NCBI RefSeq assembly: GCF_036321535.1
Contig: NC_087436.1
Coordinates: 76,944,001 to 77,008,000 of the forward strand
Length of the DNA: 64,000 nucleotides
From: Camelus dromedarius
Lineage: Eukaryota
Reading direction: 5' to 3'
The notes beneath the pieces are model-generated. The model ran no database searches and was not told where the DNA came from. It saw nothing but the letters and a program-made list of their open reading frames with translations. Shown one piece after another: positions 22,791 through 36,530 of the stretch. How positions within the stretch are numbered: the first letter of the stretch is position 1; each line of letters starts with the position of its first letter. Made by a program: the position numbers and the translations under genes.

Positions 22791-22796
22791 AATAAA
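22791..22796 (+). terminator. PRDM8: Polyadenylation signal AATAAA of PRDM8
   Basis: Canonical hexamer at the end of the AU-rich UTR. Alternatives are AATAAA 22560-22565 and ATTAAA 22749-22754. Confidence 0.7.
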
Positions 22797-25049
22797 TGAC
22801 TATTTTCTTCAAAGCAATTATTTGGAAAGTGTTTTTCAAATTTTTTTTGTAGCTAAGGGCTGCACTTTGAGTAGATACTATCTATTTTATTGAGAAGAGA
22901 TAGCAGAAGAGAGGGGCGATAAACCCTGCCCCACTTGCATTATTTACTCTAAGCCAATTTTGAGCCTCAAAGTTAGAAGGTAAGGTTTGATTATTAGTTG
23001 GAACATCTTTATCTGGAAAGTGTTGAGCTTCTTGATTAAAGGACAAATTATTTAAACAAAGATGCCTTCAGGGACATGCAGCTAACCTGTCCCTGGAATG
23101 TCAGCATTGTTTTCAGCAGCAGGATAACTAGCATCTTCACAAGTGGCCATTCTTCAGGCCTGGGTCTGGGGGACCAGGTGAAGGCCCTATAGTAGGGCAT
23201 ACCTACTACAGGTTCTACTAGTGAAGCTTACATGAAAGAGCATCTTGTGCACTAGAACCCTTCAGCTTTTCTGTCATTTCCCACTAAGAGACCCTAGGGA
23301 GAGCTTCTTTGGAAACCAAGGTGAAATGACCACAGTGGTCTAGGTATTGCAAGTCCCGGCTTTCCTTGTAAAATCCTGAGCAGGTGCACAGCCTCTGACA
23401 AAAAAAGAGCTCTGGAGCATCACAATACAGAATAACCTGATAACTTTCCTCCTCTCCCTGCCCTTCCTCTTACAGAAAGTCCCTCTGTACTCTTCATATA
23501 CTGACAACAGTTCTTAAACAGAGTATACACATGTAGGTGCATGTAGTATGTCCAGCAACCAGTAGATGCAAAACCAAATGAATGATGATCCTTTAGGTCC
23601 TAGAGTAGCAAGCACTTGATCTATGGGCATCTTCAGAGTCACTCTATAGATGCTCTAGTGACAGATATTGCACTGATTTATCTATCACAGAAGGTGTTTT
23701 CCCATTTTTTTCTTCCTTCCTTCACAATCTTGCCAACCGTCCCCTATGTCAGAAGGAAGACACTTGTGAAAAGGTCTGAAATGGGAAACTTGCACGGAGT
23801 CTCACTGCAGGCTTTCAATGGTTTTCCTTAAAGGGATTGTAAAAACTTCATTATCTTAAGGTGACTACAGAACAAGTTATTAGGCAGGCAAAGACCAGGG
23901 GCAAGGCAAAAAGGTGTATCCTTAAGTGTGACCAAGGTTGTTGAAAAAGCAGGCTGACTTTCTTAAGATTATCCAAGTACTTTTAGCACTACATTTCTTT
24001 GAGGCTTGCTCTCAGTTTTCCTAGGCAACAGTTGGGTAATTTGAAACACTAATCCTCAGCAAAGTGTGATGAGAAGAACAATCCAAAATTCCAGTTATAA
24101 CTGCTCTGAATGACTAGTGTAAGCTTGCATCATTATTGGCATCATTAATTTACCTGCATCTTGGTGTCTTATCTCTACAATGAGTGAGACAGGTTCTGCT
24201 ATCTTTAAAAGAACTTCTAGCATGGGGAATTTTTTTTTTCTAGTGAGCTAATCAGGCTCCTTTTAAATCTAAAGAGGGCTTTCTGGAGAAAAGATCAAGA
24301 TTGGTTGTGGAGCAAATTTGATGGCAAGAAGTAAGAAAGATATTTGGGGACAAATAGAAAGTGGGCCTCAAGAGATCTTTAAATCACAATGTCTGAGAGG
24401 TTGACTAAATTGCCTGGAACATAGTGGATCTCTGGAGCAAAAGTTTCTTAAAAACCAACCAACCAACCAACCAAGCAGCCAACCAACCCAGGTTGCCTGG
24501 GGTCTTACTTTAAAAAACAAACCAAAAAAACTTGAATGCCCTTTCATTTCTGTCCCATTCTTCCAGAATCTCCTTTTCACTATGGTGGCTTTATTACCTG
24601 CTGGAGATTCAAAAATTGAATTTAGATCTGAAGAAAAAGTAAGCAAATACTGCTTTTTGAAAAGGACTTCCTCATAGTCTAGAACGTTATTTTTTTGAGG
24701 GACACATACAGACACCTCCTGAGCTTCCCCTGTGTTTTCTTTTGCATGGTCATTGACTTAATCACACAATGTGGAAGAAAGCCGAGCCTTGGCTGAGCTA
24801 CTGCCCAGGCGACCCAGGTAGGTGTGTTCGTGGCAGACACTTTAGAGCTGGGCAGCTTTGCTGACCAAACTGCCTACAAGACCTTTTTGGCGAGAAGCAG
24901 TAGGGGAAGGGTGCCCAAAGCTAGTTTTGCCTTCAGCCAAGGCAAACTGAGGCATGTTTTCTTTTAATGTTGCATTAAGCTTTCGGATGTATCTTAACTT
25001 TCTTAGATGAGAATTTCTAAGATTCCATAACCCAACCCCTCTGCTGAGC

Positions 25050-26170
25050 CGGCTGAGGCCATAGGCGTAAATGTCGGCGCACAGCTGCGGAGAAAACAAG
25101 GTCACAGGGTCATGCAGACTTGGAGCAGGCTGGTGCCCTGAAGCCCAAGCAGGTGGCCTGAGCTCCGAGTGCCTGCCAAACCCACAGGTCCTAAAGACTG
25201 GGGAAAAGGAAAACCGAGCGGCTGCCGCACCAGTGCTTGTGGTGTCCCACTCAGGGGCAGAAGGCTTGGGAGTGACCCGGCGCCTAGCGTCTGCGATCCC
25301 CAAGGGTGCTGCCTCTGGGCGGACTGCGAACCTCTCTTCTCTGTTGGCGTTTGTGCGTGGGAGGGGGCGACGCCTGTATTTCCCAGGATGTGTTTGCAGA
25401 GGACAGCGTACGCGCACAGGCGTGCGGGAACTAGAGGGCCAGGAAAGGACGCACGCACATCTCTGCACAGCTTTGCAGGCTCTGTAGAGCCGAGACCGAC
25501 ACCGGACCCAGCGGGGAAAGTTCCCAAGGTCCCGGGCCCACTCCTAGCTCTGCGGCCCTCCGAGGCCCTCCGAGGCCCAGAGTACCGCGAGTAGAGGACG
25601 CAGCCGCGCGCCGGCCAGTTGCGAACATAGATGTGCAGCCACAGCCGCCGTCCGGCGCTGCGGTGGGGGTTGAGAGGACAGGGGTCCAGCGGGGTTGCGC
25701 ACTTCCTCCTCCCACCCAGGTCTCTGAACCTCTGTGCACGCCGCTTCCGGTCCTCTGCAGAGTTTGCCCTCTCCTCAGCGTCTCTCTTTAGTCGCCGGGT
25801 CCAGTAAGCGTGATCCGCTGCGCCGAGACCTTGGACGCCCGGGACCAGTCATACCAATAAAACGGCCAGGAAGTGCACCTCCGACTCCCGATTCCGAGGG
25901 CCCGAGGCCCAGGGCGACCTGCCTCTTGGGTCAGGGGCTTCTCCTCTCCTTCCCTACGCATAATCGGCGCAGACTCCCCTCCGCGCCCACAGGACGGTGG
26001 AGGAGTCCGCGCTTGGTCTGCAAGGCTCACGGGGACCTGGGGAGGCGCACACACCCGGAACCAGGGGCAGCCGTCAGCGCTCAGCCGCGCCGGGACGCCT
26101 CGCTTTAGCGGACCACCGAGGACCCAACCACGGAGCGCGGGCAAGCGCGGCGAGCAGGGATCCGCCCCGA
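25050..26170. promoter_or_regulatory. Orphan CpG island downstream of PRDM8
   Basis: CpG-dense island about 2.3 kb past the poly(A) signal. No recognisable protein in any frame. Confidence 0.7.
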
Positions 26171-28492
26171 GGTTTCAGATTTTCTTTTCCAGTTCTCTGT
26201 TCTGGAATCAATTTGGATCATTCTGTGGTATCTCTGTTTCCCCATCCCGCAATCCTGCCTGACCTCCACGTTCTTTTCCATCTCTTAAGTACTTCTGGAG
26301 ATATGAGATCATTTCTGGAGTTTTATTAGGAAATCCCCACCCTAACCCTCACCCCTGATGATTCTCAGCCATTCAGGCAACCAACTCCTGTGGTGGTCGC
26401 ACCAGCCCAACCGGAGACTGCATTGTGCATACATTGGGTACTGAGGACTACCTCACACCCTACTTGGGGATGCAGAGAGAGGGACAAGTGCCGGTCCTCT
26501 CTAAATAGACAAACACATACACACACCTGGGATCTCACACGGCCACCTCTTGAACAGTTCCTCTTCGTAGAAGCAGCAGCTAGTCTGACTTTTGAACAGA
26601 TAACCTTTGGGCCTTGTTTGGAAATACTGTCTTCCGCGGAAGGTGCAAAAATACCTACAATGGGTGTAGAAAGTTTAGCCTGCTCAGAAACTGAACTGGG
26701 AATGGAGTGAGAAGCTGGGCCACCTCCCTTTCCTCTTCCAAATGCATTTGAGTTGACAACCGGGCCACGAGGCCTAGAATGCTGAGGCAGAAACAGAAGC
26801 CTTAGACTGGTGGGCCTGAACACTTGCCGGCTTTATAATCGGGCTGGGCAGGCAGAAGGGATGCTCTCTGCTTCTCTGCTTCACAGATCCCATTCCTAAG
26901 GCAACTTTTGCTTTTCTTATTTTAAATCAGGACTTAAAATTTTTAGAAACTTGTCTCTTCTCCAGGACTAGAGGATGAAGAAACTGAAGAAAAAGTTCTT
27001 TTAAAAAAATTATATTTTTTAACTCTCTAGGGTGAGAGGTCTGGTAAAGTGTCCTCCTTTCATAGCTAACCTGGTTATGATCATTGTTATTTACTTATTC
27101 CTTTTCAAGTTGTCTGTGTCTGTGTACTGGAATATGTATGTATGTATGCATGTTTGCACACATGGTGCATTTTTACGCATATATGTGTATATTATGTACA
27201 TACATATACATTTATATATACAAATGTACGTATCCATTTTAGCACACACATAGATACACAACTGGCAGGCACTCTTCTAAGTACTTTTCATATGTTGCTT
27301 TGGTTTAATTCTCACAACCTATCCAGGAGGAAGCCTCCTAAGGGTCCCAATTCATCATGTTTTAGGATCTTGGAACAGAAAGACGTGATACAATATCATA
27401 GTATAATGGAAAGAATAATGGCTCCTAAGGCAGGACATCTGCTCCAAATTTTGAGGCCTTTCCGTCTATGTATCTCAGTTTACTTTACTTGAATTTGTGA
27501 ATAATACTACTTGTGGGCTTATTGCACAGCTGTGTCTTGAAAAGCAAATACAATCATTCATGTAGAAGCTTTTCATACTATTGTACTGGATTAACTTCCC
27601 TTTTGATAAGAGAGATAGATTTTTAGCCTCGGCTTATCTTCCTCAGGTGGTCAGGATGCTCTAGTCCTCTCTAAGAACTCTTTTGTGGCCTTGACTTCCT
27701 TTAATGATCTTTGCTCATTTTCAAGCAGAGGTGGGAGTAACAGCTGGTTTCATTTTGTAGATGTGTATTTAACTACTCAGCTCTTCTTTCTTACATCCCA
27801 AACTTACAGAAGGATCACTGAAATAATATTTAAGAAGTAAAATCAAGCAAGCCTATAAGTCCATCGAAGGACGTATGGGTTTAATTGGCTTAGCTATAAT
27901 AATCTTAAATTATAAGTACCATGTGTTCCCAGTACTTAAAAATTATATACAAGCAAAACAATAAGAACGAAAAGGGCTGTAAGAGCAATCCTAGCTATAA
28001 TTTGCCCTTTTGTAGAAAAGATGCTCAAAATGCAGAAGAGAAGCCTGTTTCTCTTCCTGCGTACCATTAAAGAAATGACACCTTGCTTAGAAAGCTATGC
28101 TGTCTCAGTGCTTAGTGAAAACAACTCTGGTTTTGCAGATCATGGTGATGCATGAATGATATTAATCCAACAGTCAGTATCATTAGAAGGGATCCCTGAT
28201 TCCAGCTCACTTTTTTTTTAGTGTTTTTAAATAGACTTTGAGCTAGAATGTGTCATTTTATCATTTCCCCTCTTTTAAAATTGAGATTTGAAGAACACCT
28301 ACACTATCTTCTTTTTCCCAAATTCTTCAGGGAGTAAATTCTTCAGGGAAATATCCTAATGTCCTTTGTAAACGAAGAACAGGAATGAGATTTGGAAGAA
28401 AATAATTATGGGATGAAAGAAATTAATTCAACCAGTTCTTTGTCCCTTCGCTTCTCTTCGGATGTCTAGCCATCAATTCCAGATTTCTTTCA

Positions 28493-28494
<2 letters not shown>

Positions 28495-28524
<30 letters not shown>
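28495..28524. repeat. Poly(T)30
   Basis: Direct read. Confidence 0.95.
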
Positions 28525-28525
<1 letters not shown>

Positions 28526-30069
28526 AGAAAAGCAAAGCTGTGGCTTTCAGGGGAGAAATCCAGAAACCAGTCCCACCCTTGACCAGGAGCCCAGGGCACA
28601 TCTGCTGTGGGGGTTGAAATCCAGAAAAATGTAGCATGATTATACTTTTCTCTAGGGATTCATCTGGGATGGGTGTGCCAGTGTTATTGCTTGCAGAACT
28701 CAAAGTAGCTTTTTCTGTGTTTGGTAACTTTTTGTGTGTGTGTGAAGTGTGAAACTTTTTGAAAGTATTTAATGACTTCTTTTCTCCCAGACAAACAAAT
28801 AAATTAAGATCTGTTTTCCCCTCTGGCAAGATTTCACTGGGTCTTTGAGAGAGAAAAACATTGCCAAACAGCGACACCCAGTCCCCAAAATGATAAAAAA
28901 AATCATGCGGGTTAGAAAAATCTTAGTATCCATAGGCCTCTCTAGGCTCAGGGGTCCAGGGTGGGAGCCAAATGAAGGTAGAGAAAAGAAAGAAAGGGAC
29001 TAATACTGCAGGGTTCCTCCTACAAAGAGAGATAAATTAGATTTCCCCATTACAATGCTTTTAGAGAGGGTTAAGTACACTATTTGCTTTAGCAGGGCTG
29101 GATAGAGGTAAATAGTGAATGTGGGAAGCTCATCTGCATGGACATTTAATCTAACCTCTGAATTCTGTCTCAGAACCTCTCACCCTCGGTTGCCTCTGCC
29201 TTATGACTTTGTTAGGTATCCCTTAGTCCTTTGCCCTCCAGCAAAGAGGTGGTATAGAAGATTCCCACCAGTATGAATAAATAGTAAGAAAAAATGTTTG
29301 AATCTTACGTGAAAGTATTTTTTTCCCTCCATTTGCTTTTTAGGGGCTTAATTCCTAATTTTGGAACTGTCGAAGGAAAGAGGAGGCATTGCTATGTAGA
29401 GGTTCTTCTCTTCTGGGGGTGGTAATGCTTAAGACTGCTTCCAAATCAGAGGTCTTTGAGTTTGAGGCTACACTTGAAAGTGTTTATTAAGCCTCCAAAC
29501 ATGCCTAAACTTAAAACCAGGAAGATATTTAGAAAACCTACCTTTCAAAAACCTAACTCCATGCAGAGTAATGATAATAGCATGGTAAGACAAGTTTCAT
29601 CAAGTTACATGGTTGCCAGCAGCTCCCATCTGAATTTCTTAAATCCTTTAAATATCCAAAATACATCTATGTTGGTATTAAGCCAGTTTTGTAACAGCTT
29701 AAAAACAGGGACTTGGGATTTCAGAGAGCACACATTTTCTCTCTTCTCTGGGATGGTGTCTTCCCTTTGACCACACTTCAGGAGAAGCAATTTAAAGTTT
29801 AATACGTACAGAGTCTGGGTCCCTTTCATACCAGCTCCTACACAGCTTACTCAGGGACCCAGGAGCATGGTCAGCTGGAAAATCATGTAAAGACACTGAA
29901 AAAAGAGGACCTCTGGTAACAACTTCACATTTTCATTGACTCAGTAAGGTAACAACTCCAAAAGACGACAATCCCCAGAGACAACTATTCTCAGAAATTT
30001 TCATCAGAAACGTTATTAAGAGCTCCCAGAGCAGAGGAAAAGCAGTAGTATCTTTGGACATTGTAGAGG

Positions 30070-30252
30070 TCCTCGAGGGAGCAATCGCTCTAAATCACCT
30101 CGGTATCTGCTAAAAATGCAGATTCTCAAGCTCATCTCCAGAAACTGGGTAGATCTCATGAGGGGCCCAGAGTCTTGCATTGTAAGCGATCATCCTAAGT
30201 GAGTCTAGAGCGGGTGGGTCTTGCTCCACACTCCACACTTTGAGAAACACCG
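30070..30252. mobile_element. MER5-like hAT-Charlie DNA transposon relic
   Basis: AATCACCT...TAAAAATGCAGATTCTC...GGGGCCCAG...TTGCATT...CACACTTTGAGAAACAC. Confidence 0.7.
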
Positions 30253-31289
30253 TGAAGGGTTTAGAACAGCAGCCAACCCTTGGGAAACTTAAAATGTATA
30301 AATCCTCAGTCTAGAAAATGGCTATGTTGTTGATATATTGAGGCTCAATTGAATTATAGTGCTATAAATATACATTCAATTAAAAAATCTTCACTGATGC
30401 TCTATCTTTGTTTCATATGGATTTTTTTTCCCATTTCTAGTGATTCATAACATGTCAACATTTTGCTGTTCTTTCTCACTCAAGTCTGGGTTGTTTTGAA
30501 CAACAAAAAATAGAAGTGCATAGAAAATTCTCTGTTCAAGAAAACCTGTAAGCTAAATCTTTATGGAAAAAATGTTCAATATTTGTGGATCATCACCCCC
30601 TGAGGGGTTAGATTTTAAGTTTTTGGATTCCAATGCATTAGGTTTTCTAAAATCATGTCGCAACTTATTTGTCTATGTGTGTTCCCTCCCTTTACCAACT
30701 CAGACTCTGACACCAAGCTCCCAAGAGCTCTCTTTACCCCTGGATTTTGGATGGGTAATAGCAGCAGAAGTGAAAATCTCTTGAGCTACCAGTTTGCTCC
30801 CTGTTCCAGCTCACCAATCAGTCACTGCTACTTCTCTGCCAGCCGACGCCAGCACAGAGGCTGCCACTTTCTGATGGTGAGTGATGCTAAGCCACTGACT
30901 CCTGCTGCAGAAGCTACTGGTGCCAGGGAAACAGACTCCTCCATCGGCTTCATAGCACTGAATTTGCTAACTCATTACTGTAGCCTCCACCTAGGACTCA
31001 GGCCTAAATCTGGGGAGGCGGGACCTGCAGGGCCTTGGCAGCACAGTATAATGTAGGATTCGCAATAACCCATCAGTTCTGATGTTGCCCATTGTCCACA
31101 AACACAATACAGGCTCCTGGAATGCATTTTAAAAGGAAATACAACTGTAATAATCCTGTCCTCTTGGGCTTCTAGACTTGTCAGGACCTGCCTGGATTCG
31201 AGGGTAGATGCAGTTGAGTCCTGGGACCAGAATTACAAGATCGTTTTAATGTCCACACATTTCTTTATTAGCTCAGAGAATCCTGCTAA

Positions 31290-31810
31290 AAAATTTAGAT
31301 TAGGTTTCAGGAGATCTAACATCTAATCTCCTTCTGGCTCTGCTGTTCTCTAGCTATGTGACCTTGGATGAGCTAACTTCGCCAAGCCTCAGCCTTTTCA
31401 CCTCAATGTAAAATGAGAGGGTTAGACTAGATCAGAGCTTTGCAGACTTTTGGGTTCATAAAAATTACTAGGACCCTTGATAAATGGACTTGGCTCCATT
31501 TCTGCAGATCAGAGTGAAGGCAGCCACTACCCCTGTATAGGAATTTGCATTTTAATAAACTCTATGGGTGATTCTCTAACCACTTTTGGAAAATAGTTGT
31601 CTAAATCAGTGGTTCTGCAGTCAGGTCTCCTATTAGAGACAATTGGAAAGTTTTAAAAAATATTCATGACCGGTCCCACTCAAAATTAACTCATCAGAAT
31701 ATCTGGGTGTGGGACCAGGCACTGGTGCACTTGAAAGCTCTTTTGTGCCGCAAGGGTCAAGAATGAGTGGATTAGATAATCTCTAGAATCAGTGCTTAGC
31801 TCTAGAACTC
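31290..31810. mobile_element. MIR interrupted by MER5-like fragments
   Basis: CTAGCTATGTGACCTTGG...GCCTCAG...GTAAAATGAG (MIR), then GAATTTGCATTTTAATAAAC...GGTGATTCT and CAGTGGTTCT...ATCAGAATATCTGGGTGTGGGACCAGGCA (MER5). Confidence 0.6.
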
Positions 31811-31887
31811 AGGCTTTCAATCTAGGATTTTTGGTCCTATAGCTCAGTTAAAAGTACGGGGCACTCTGTGATTATAGATTTACTAGT

Positions 31888-32283
31888 TGTTATGGTCTGA
31901 ATTGTGTTGCCCCCACCCCAAATTCCTATGTTGAAGTTCTAAGCCTTAGTACCTCAGAATGTGACTGTATTTGCAGGTAGAACCTTTAGAGAGGTAAGTA
32001 AAGTAGGGTCACACAGAAGGATCCTAATCCACTATGACTGCTGACTGGTGGCCTGGTAAGAAGAGGAGATTAGGGCACACACCACACAGAGGTTTAGCTG
32101 TGTGGAGACACGAGGAGAAGGCTATCATCTGTGAGCCGTGGGAAGAAGCGTCAGAAGACACTAACCTTGCCCACACCTTGGTCTTGGACTTCTAGCCTCC
32201 AGAATTGTGAGAAAATAAATTTCTGTTGTTGAAGCCCCCCAGTTTGTGATATTATGTTATGGCAGCCTTCGCAAGCCAGTACA
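31888..32283 (+). mobile_element. MLT1 (ERVL-MaLR) solo LTR
   Basis: TG...CA termini. TGTTATGGTCTGAATTGTG...CCTCAGAATGTGACTGTATTTG...TTGGACTTCTAGCCTCCAGAATTGTGAGAAAATAAATTTCTGTTGTT...TGTTATGGCAGCC. Confidence 0.88.
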
Positions 32284-32843
32284 TTGGCAGACAGTTCACT
32301 GAAACCCATCTGACTTTAAAGAAAACAGCAGTTGTCTTATTATTCCTTCAGAACCAACTTATCTCCAGTATGGACCCAAACAAACTAACACACGCACACA
32401 AAGTCATTTAATGAGTACTATTTTCCAAGTCCTGATTGAAGATAGGCTATGAAAATACATACTGCAGCTTAGAACACTATGACCTAATCTTGAGGATGAT
32501 GTTTTAAACAGGACTAAGAAAATTTTCAGTGCTTTTTGCTACTAATAATACATGACAAACCTGATTTCAATTAAACGATACAGCACTACCAAATTTTTAA
32601 GGGGGTCATGTCAGTTTAAATTTTGTTTATGAGCATATAGGAAGCAAAATTTATTAATTTTAATTCTATGTTTTATAAGACAACCCTATCCTCTGTCCTA
32701 GTATATTCCTAATTTCTCATGTCTCTTTCTTAAGATTGTTTAGTCTTAATTTCAAATGAGTCAACTCAGAGAAAAACTACTCAAAGACGTCTTTTCATCA
32801 TACCCTGGAAAAACACATTTAAACTGTAAAGAAAAAGATATAT

Positions 32844-32856
32844 TGCCACCTAGTGG
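32844..32856 (-). promoter_or_regulatory. CTCF core motif (reverse)
   Basis: TGCCACCTAGTGG, i.e. CCACTAGGTGGCA on the minus strand, a consensus match isolated in AT-rich DNA. Confidence 0.6.
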
Positions 32857-35459
32857 AAAATAGACAGAATCATCTGTTGTACTTCGGGTTTTAAACTACA
32901 AAATGGCTAGTACAAGAAATGTCTTTAAATGTTTTTTGATTATGAATAATTATGCTCTGTTAGTGAAAGGATGTCTTCCATGTTTAGCTGCAATATCACT
33001 TTTGACTTTTAAGTTATATATTCTTTATTTTTTTTAGCAACTACTCATACATATGCTGTTGCTATATGCTGAGTGACAAAGTCGAACTCAACCTTTATCA
33101 AAAATATTTAGCTAAATTGACAAAATAATTTACAGCTAAATATTAAAAATATTTACCACCCACAGAAGATCAATAATATAGTAAACAAACCATGTCAATA
33201 TAGCTGACTGAGCTTGGGGAAGTCACAACTCTGGACGGTTTCCTCATCTAAAAAATGAGGTTGAACTACGTGATTTGTAAGATATTTTCAGTTCTAATAT
33301 GATTATCTATCTATCTATATATCTATAACACACATTTATAGTTATTCAGCTCAGGGTCTTTTTAATAATTAGGAGGGTGTCCAAACTCGGTTTAGGAAGC
33401 ATTCTTGGTAAGATAATAGGTGTATGTCTTTGGAGTAACGTTTCAGCACAGAATGAAAGAAGCCTATTAATGGGAAGGAAGTTCCTATCTATTTATTTGG
33501 TTGCCAGGTTCCCAGGGCTTTTTTTCCATAAGAGTAAGGTGACCTGGCTAATTTTAACCTCAGTAATTACATTCTATCCAGCTAAGTTATCCTTGCAGCT
33601 TCTATTTGGATATAGCATCCTTTATTGTTTCCTGTCCTAAACTTTTAGGAAGTTGCTAGTAACTGATTCACTGTTGCTGACCTTTAATAAGCATGAAGAA
33701 TATTAATGACTTGGTAATTCTGTAGGTCTTTCCTACCATAGGCCAGGGGAGGAAAGAAGAGTTTAAAGACACTTCCCTTTTAACAGCCCTTGGTATGTCC
33801 CAAGAATGTCACAATCCTTAATTAGTTAACCTACTATGTGTGTGCTTTCTGAAAAGGTCCTATTTCAGGTGATGTAATTCAGGGAGCTTAAGTTATCAAA
33901 TTGTTTTGGCTCAAATTGCTGGATACAGTTTCTTTCTGTACAACATTAAGACATCCCTATCAAATAGGATGGGCTTAAGGAGAAAATATCAGTGTGTCTA
34001 CAGGAAATAAGGAGGTAGGCTAAGTTAGTAGGTGTCATGAAATACTACAGAGAAGTCGTTTGCTATAATCACTCAACTTTTAAATAGTTAGTTGTGAGAA
34101 ACTACATTTATATGAGTATTAATAAAAATAGAGGACACAGGAAAGATTGATTATCAAACTTCTGTTTGAAGCTTTGCCCAGAGACAAGGTGTCAGGAATG
34201 CTAATTATACCATTTCTAGTAACTTCTCTCACTTCTTGCTTTTTCTATCCCATCTTCCTCCCCTCCCTCACCCCATTACACCCTACACAGACAAGAAAGG
34301 AAAAGGAACAAACGAGAGAAATAGCTAATTTTCCAGAGTCCATTTATCCTAATAAAGTCTTGAAAAGTTGCTTCTGACAGTTGAGAACAGAGAAGACATC
34401 TAAGGTCTCTTTTTTTCTTCCTAGAAACTTTTTTATGTGTGCTCTCTTTAGTAATAATTGACTCTTAGATGCATATTGTGGTATTTGTTGCCAAAATTGT
34501 GGTATGTGTTGCCCATTTTACCTATTCTCTTTTTAAACAAGCAAAATTGAAGAAAAATAATGTTCTAAGTGTCAAATATGAATCTAAAAACTATTTGCCT
34601 TCTTAGGATGCATATCTGTTTCTCCTCTATTGCCTTTTCTATACAAATAACCAGCTCCACTACTTTCAGAGGTAAAAAACTTCAGTTAATAATGTGAAAC
34701 ACTCTTTATCCTATCAGATCATCACTTTCATTGTCAGGGTCACCAGCGTGTTACATATCATCTAATTTCTTAATTAGGTAGGTAGCTTCAGGAATAAAAT
34801 ATGGAAGAGGGCCACTACATGCTTGAAACAACAGTTGGATGTGACAAGGACAAATGAAAGGTCATGACACATGTCATTAGGGAAGCCATTTCTATAGGTT
34901 TGGAAAAAAATTCTCAGATTGATCTATGACTTAAGTTTCAACATAATTTAATATATCTGTTCCTTCAACAGATACATCTGTCAATGATTACCATTATTAT
35001 TCTCTTTAAGATAATATTCCCCCCTTGCATTGGAGTGAGACAGCACTCGAGGACATATGTCATAATGAGATGGTACCCTCTCTATTAATATATAATTCAA
35101 ATATTCCATTTCAATTAAAGAAGGCATCCTAAATACAGACCCATGGAATGGGTACTTTATAAGGTAACTGTTTTGACTGCATTGATTTTTTTTTCTTCCT
35201 TTTTTATCCAAATGCACAATCCTTTGATATACATTCCAGGGAAGCTGAGTTTAAAAAATCAAAAGTTTTGTCATAATAAATGAGAAGAAATTTTTGAAGT
35301 CATACGTGTTAAATTCCAGGCATTTTCTACGGCTCGTCAGAGAAAGAAGGTGTAGTATAATGAAATAATTTAGAAATACTGCTGATACTCAGAATTCAGA
35401 AAGTGTTAAGATGGAAAAACATCCCAGAAATATAGGCAAAACTTTCAATGGGTCTTTCT

Positions 35460-35714
35460 TTATATATATATTTGTATACACACACACACACTCATAGTCA
35501 GTTTACAATGTTGTGTCAGTTAATTTTTGGTGGACAGCACGTTTTAGTCATACATAAACATACATTTATTTATTTTCATATTCTTCCTCACCATAAGTCA
35601 CTACAAGATATTGAATATAGTTCCTGTGTTATACTGTATGAACTTGTTATTTATCTATTATATATATATTAGTTAGTATCTGCAAATCTCGGACTCCCAA
35701 TTTATCTCTTCCCA
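35460..35714 (-). mobile_element. 5'-truncated lineage L1 3' end with target-site duplication
   Basis: AGTCAGTTTACAATGTTGTGTCA...GATATTGAATATAGTTCC...CTCCCAATTTATC. Flanked by CAATGGG(T/C)CTTTCT at 35446-35459 and 35715-35728. Confidence 0.85.
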
Positions 35715-36314
35715 CAATGGGCCTTTCTGATAAAATATTGGTCTGTTTAGGAATAAAAAGTTTTATTAACCCTCAATTCTTTTGTACACATTTATCATAT
35801 GCATGATAATAAGCTTATTTATATTCAACCAAATATTCATTTGGCAAGCAGCCTAGAATATTCTAGTGTTCTAAGAGTCAAACAAAATGCCTCAGAGATT
35901 TAAAGTCTTTTGTTTCTTTTTCAGTATCTCAAATTATAACAACTCTTTGTGTTCTTGCTGCTGTACTGAAAAGCGCATTAAGTGACAGGCTACACACCTG
36001 CCTAAATGACTTTCTCCACTTACCTTTGAAGTGGAGCCTTCGTTGGGGGATTATATCTGACATCTTTAATACTTCTCTGTACTTGGAGTGGATGGATTTG
36101 GCTTCTAGGTGGCCTGAGAAAAGTCACCAAAAAAGTTTTATTTTGTTTTGTAAGTAATTTTTGTTGTTGTTGTTCATTGGTGGGCTAAAGCTTGTTAAGT
36201 CAAAGTTCAAAATTATTGGCTAGGCAGCTGGTAAGGATAGTTATCAGGTATTGAGATTACTCATGACTTAAGGGATGACAGTCACCCTTCCTTGCTTTTC
36301 TAGGTTGTATTTGG

Positions 36315-36530
36315 ATGTAGAGCAAAGACAGGTATTGGAGTCAGAAAGACCTTGATACTCCCTCTTGGTGGTGCTCTGTGCCATGTGTACTGTTGGCATG
36401 TCATCTTATTTTTCTGAGCCTCAGCTTTCTCGCCTGTAAACTGGAATACTGAAAAGCATATAAGGTTGTTGTAAAGACCAGAGGTGAACTATGGAAGTGC
36501 AAGTCACTTAGCAGGTACTAGATACATAAT
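36315..36530 (+). mobile_element. MIR relic
   Basis: TTGGAGTCAGAAAGACC...TCTGAGCCTCAGCTTTCTCGCCTGTAAACTGGAATA. Confidence 0.65.

Larger units (their letters stand above)
22036..22815 (+). other. PRDM8: PRDM8 3' UTR
   Basis: Follows the stop codon. AU-rich distal half; AATAAA at 22791-22796 with a T/GT-rich stretch downstream. Cleavage position is inferred. Confidence 0.75.

Noticed and set aside
24842..26329. Multiple 100-200 aa ORFs in the downstream CpG island
   Set aside because: Overlapping frames on both strands with low-complexity composition. None resembles FGF5 or another known protein.
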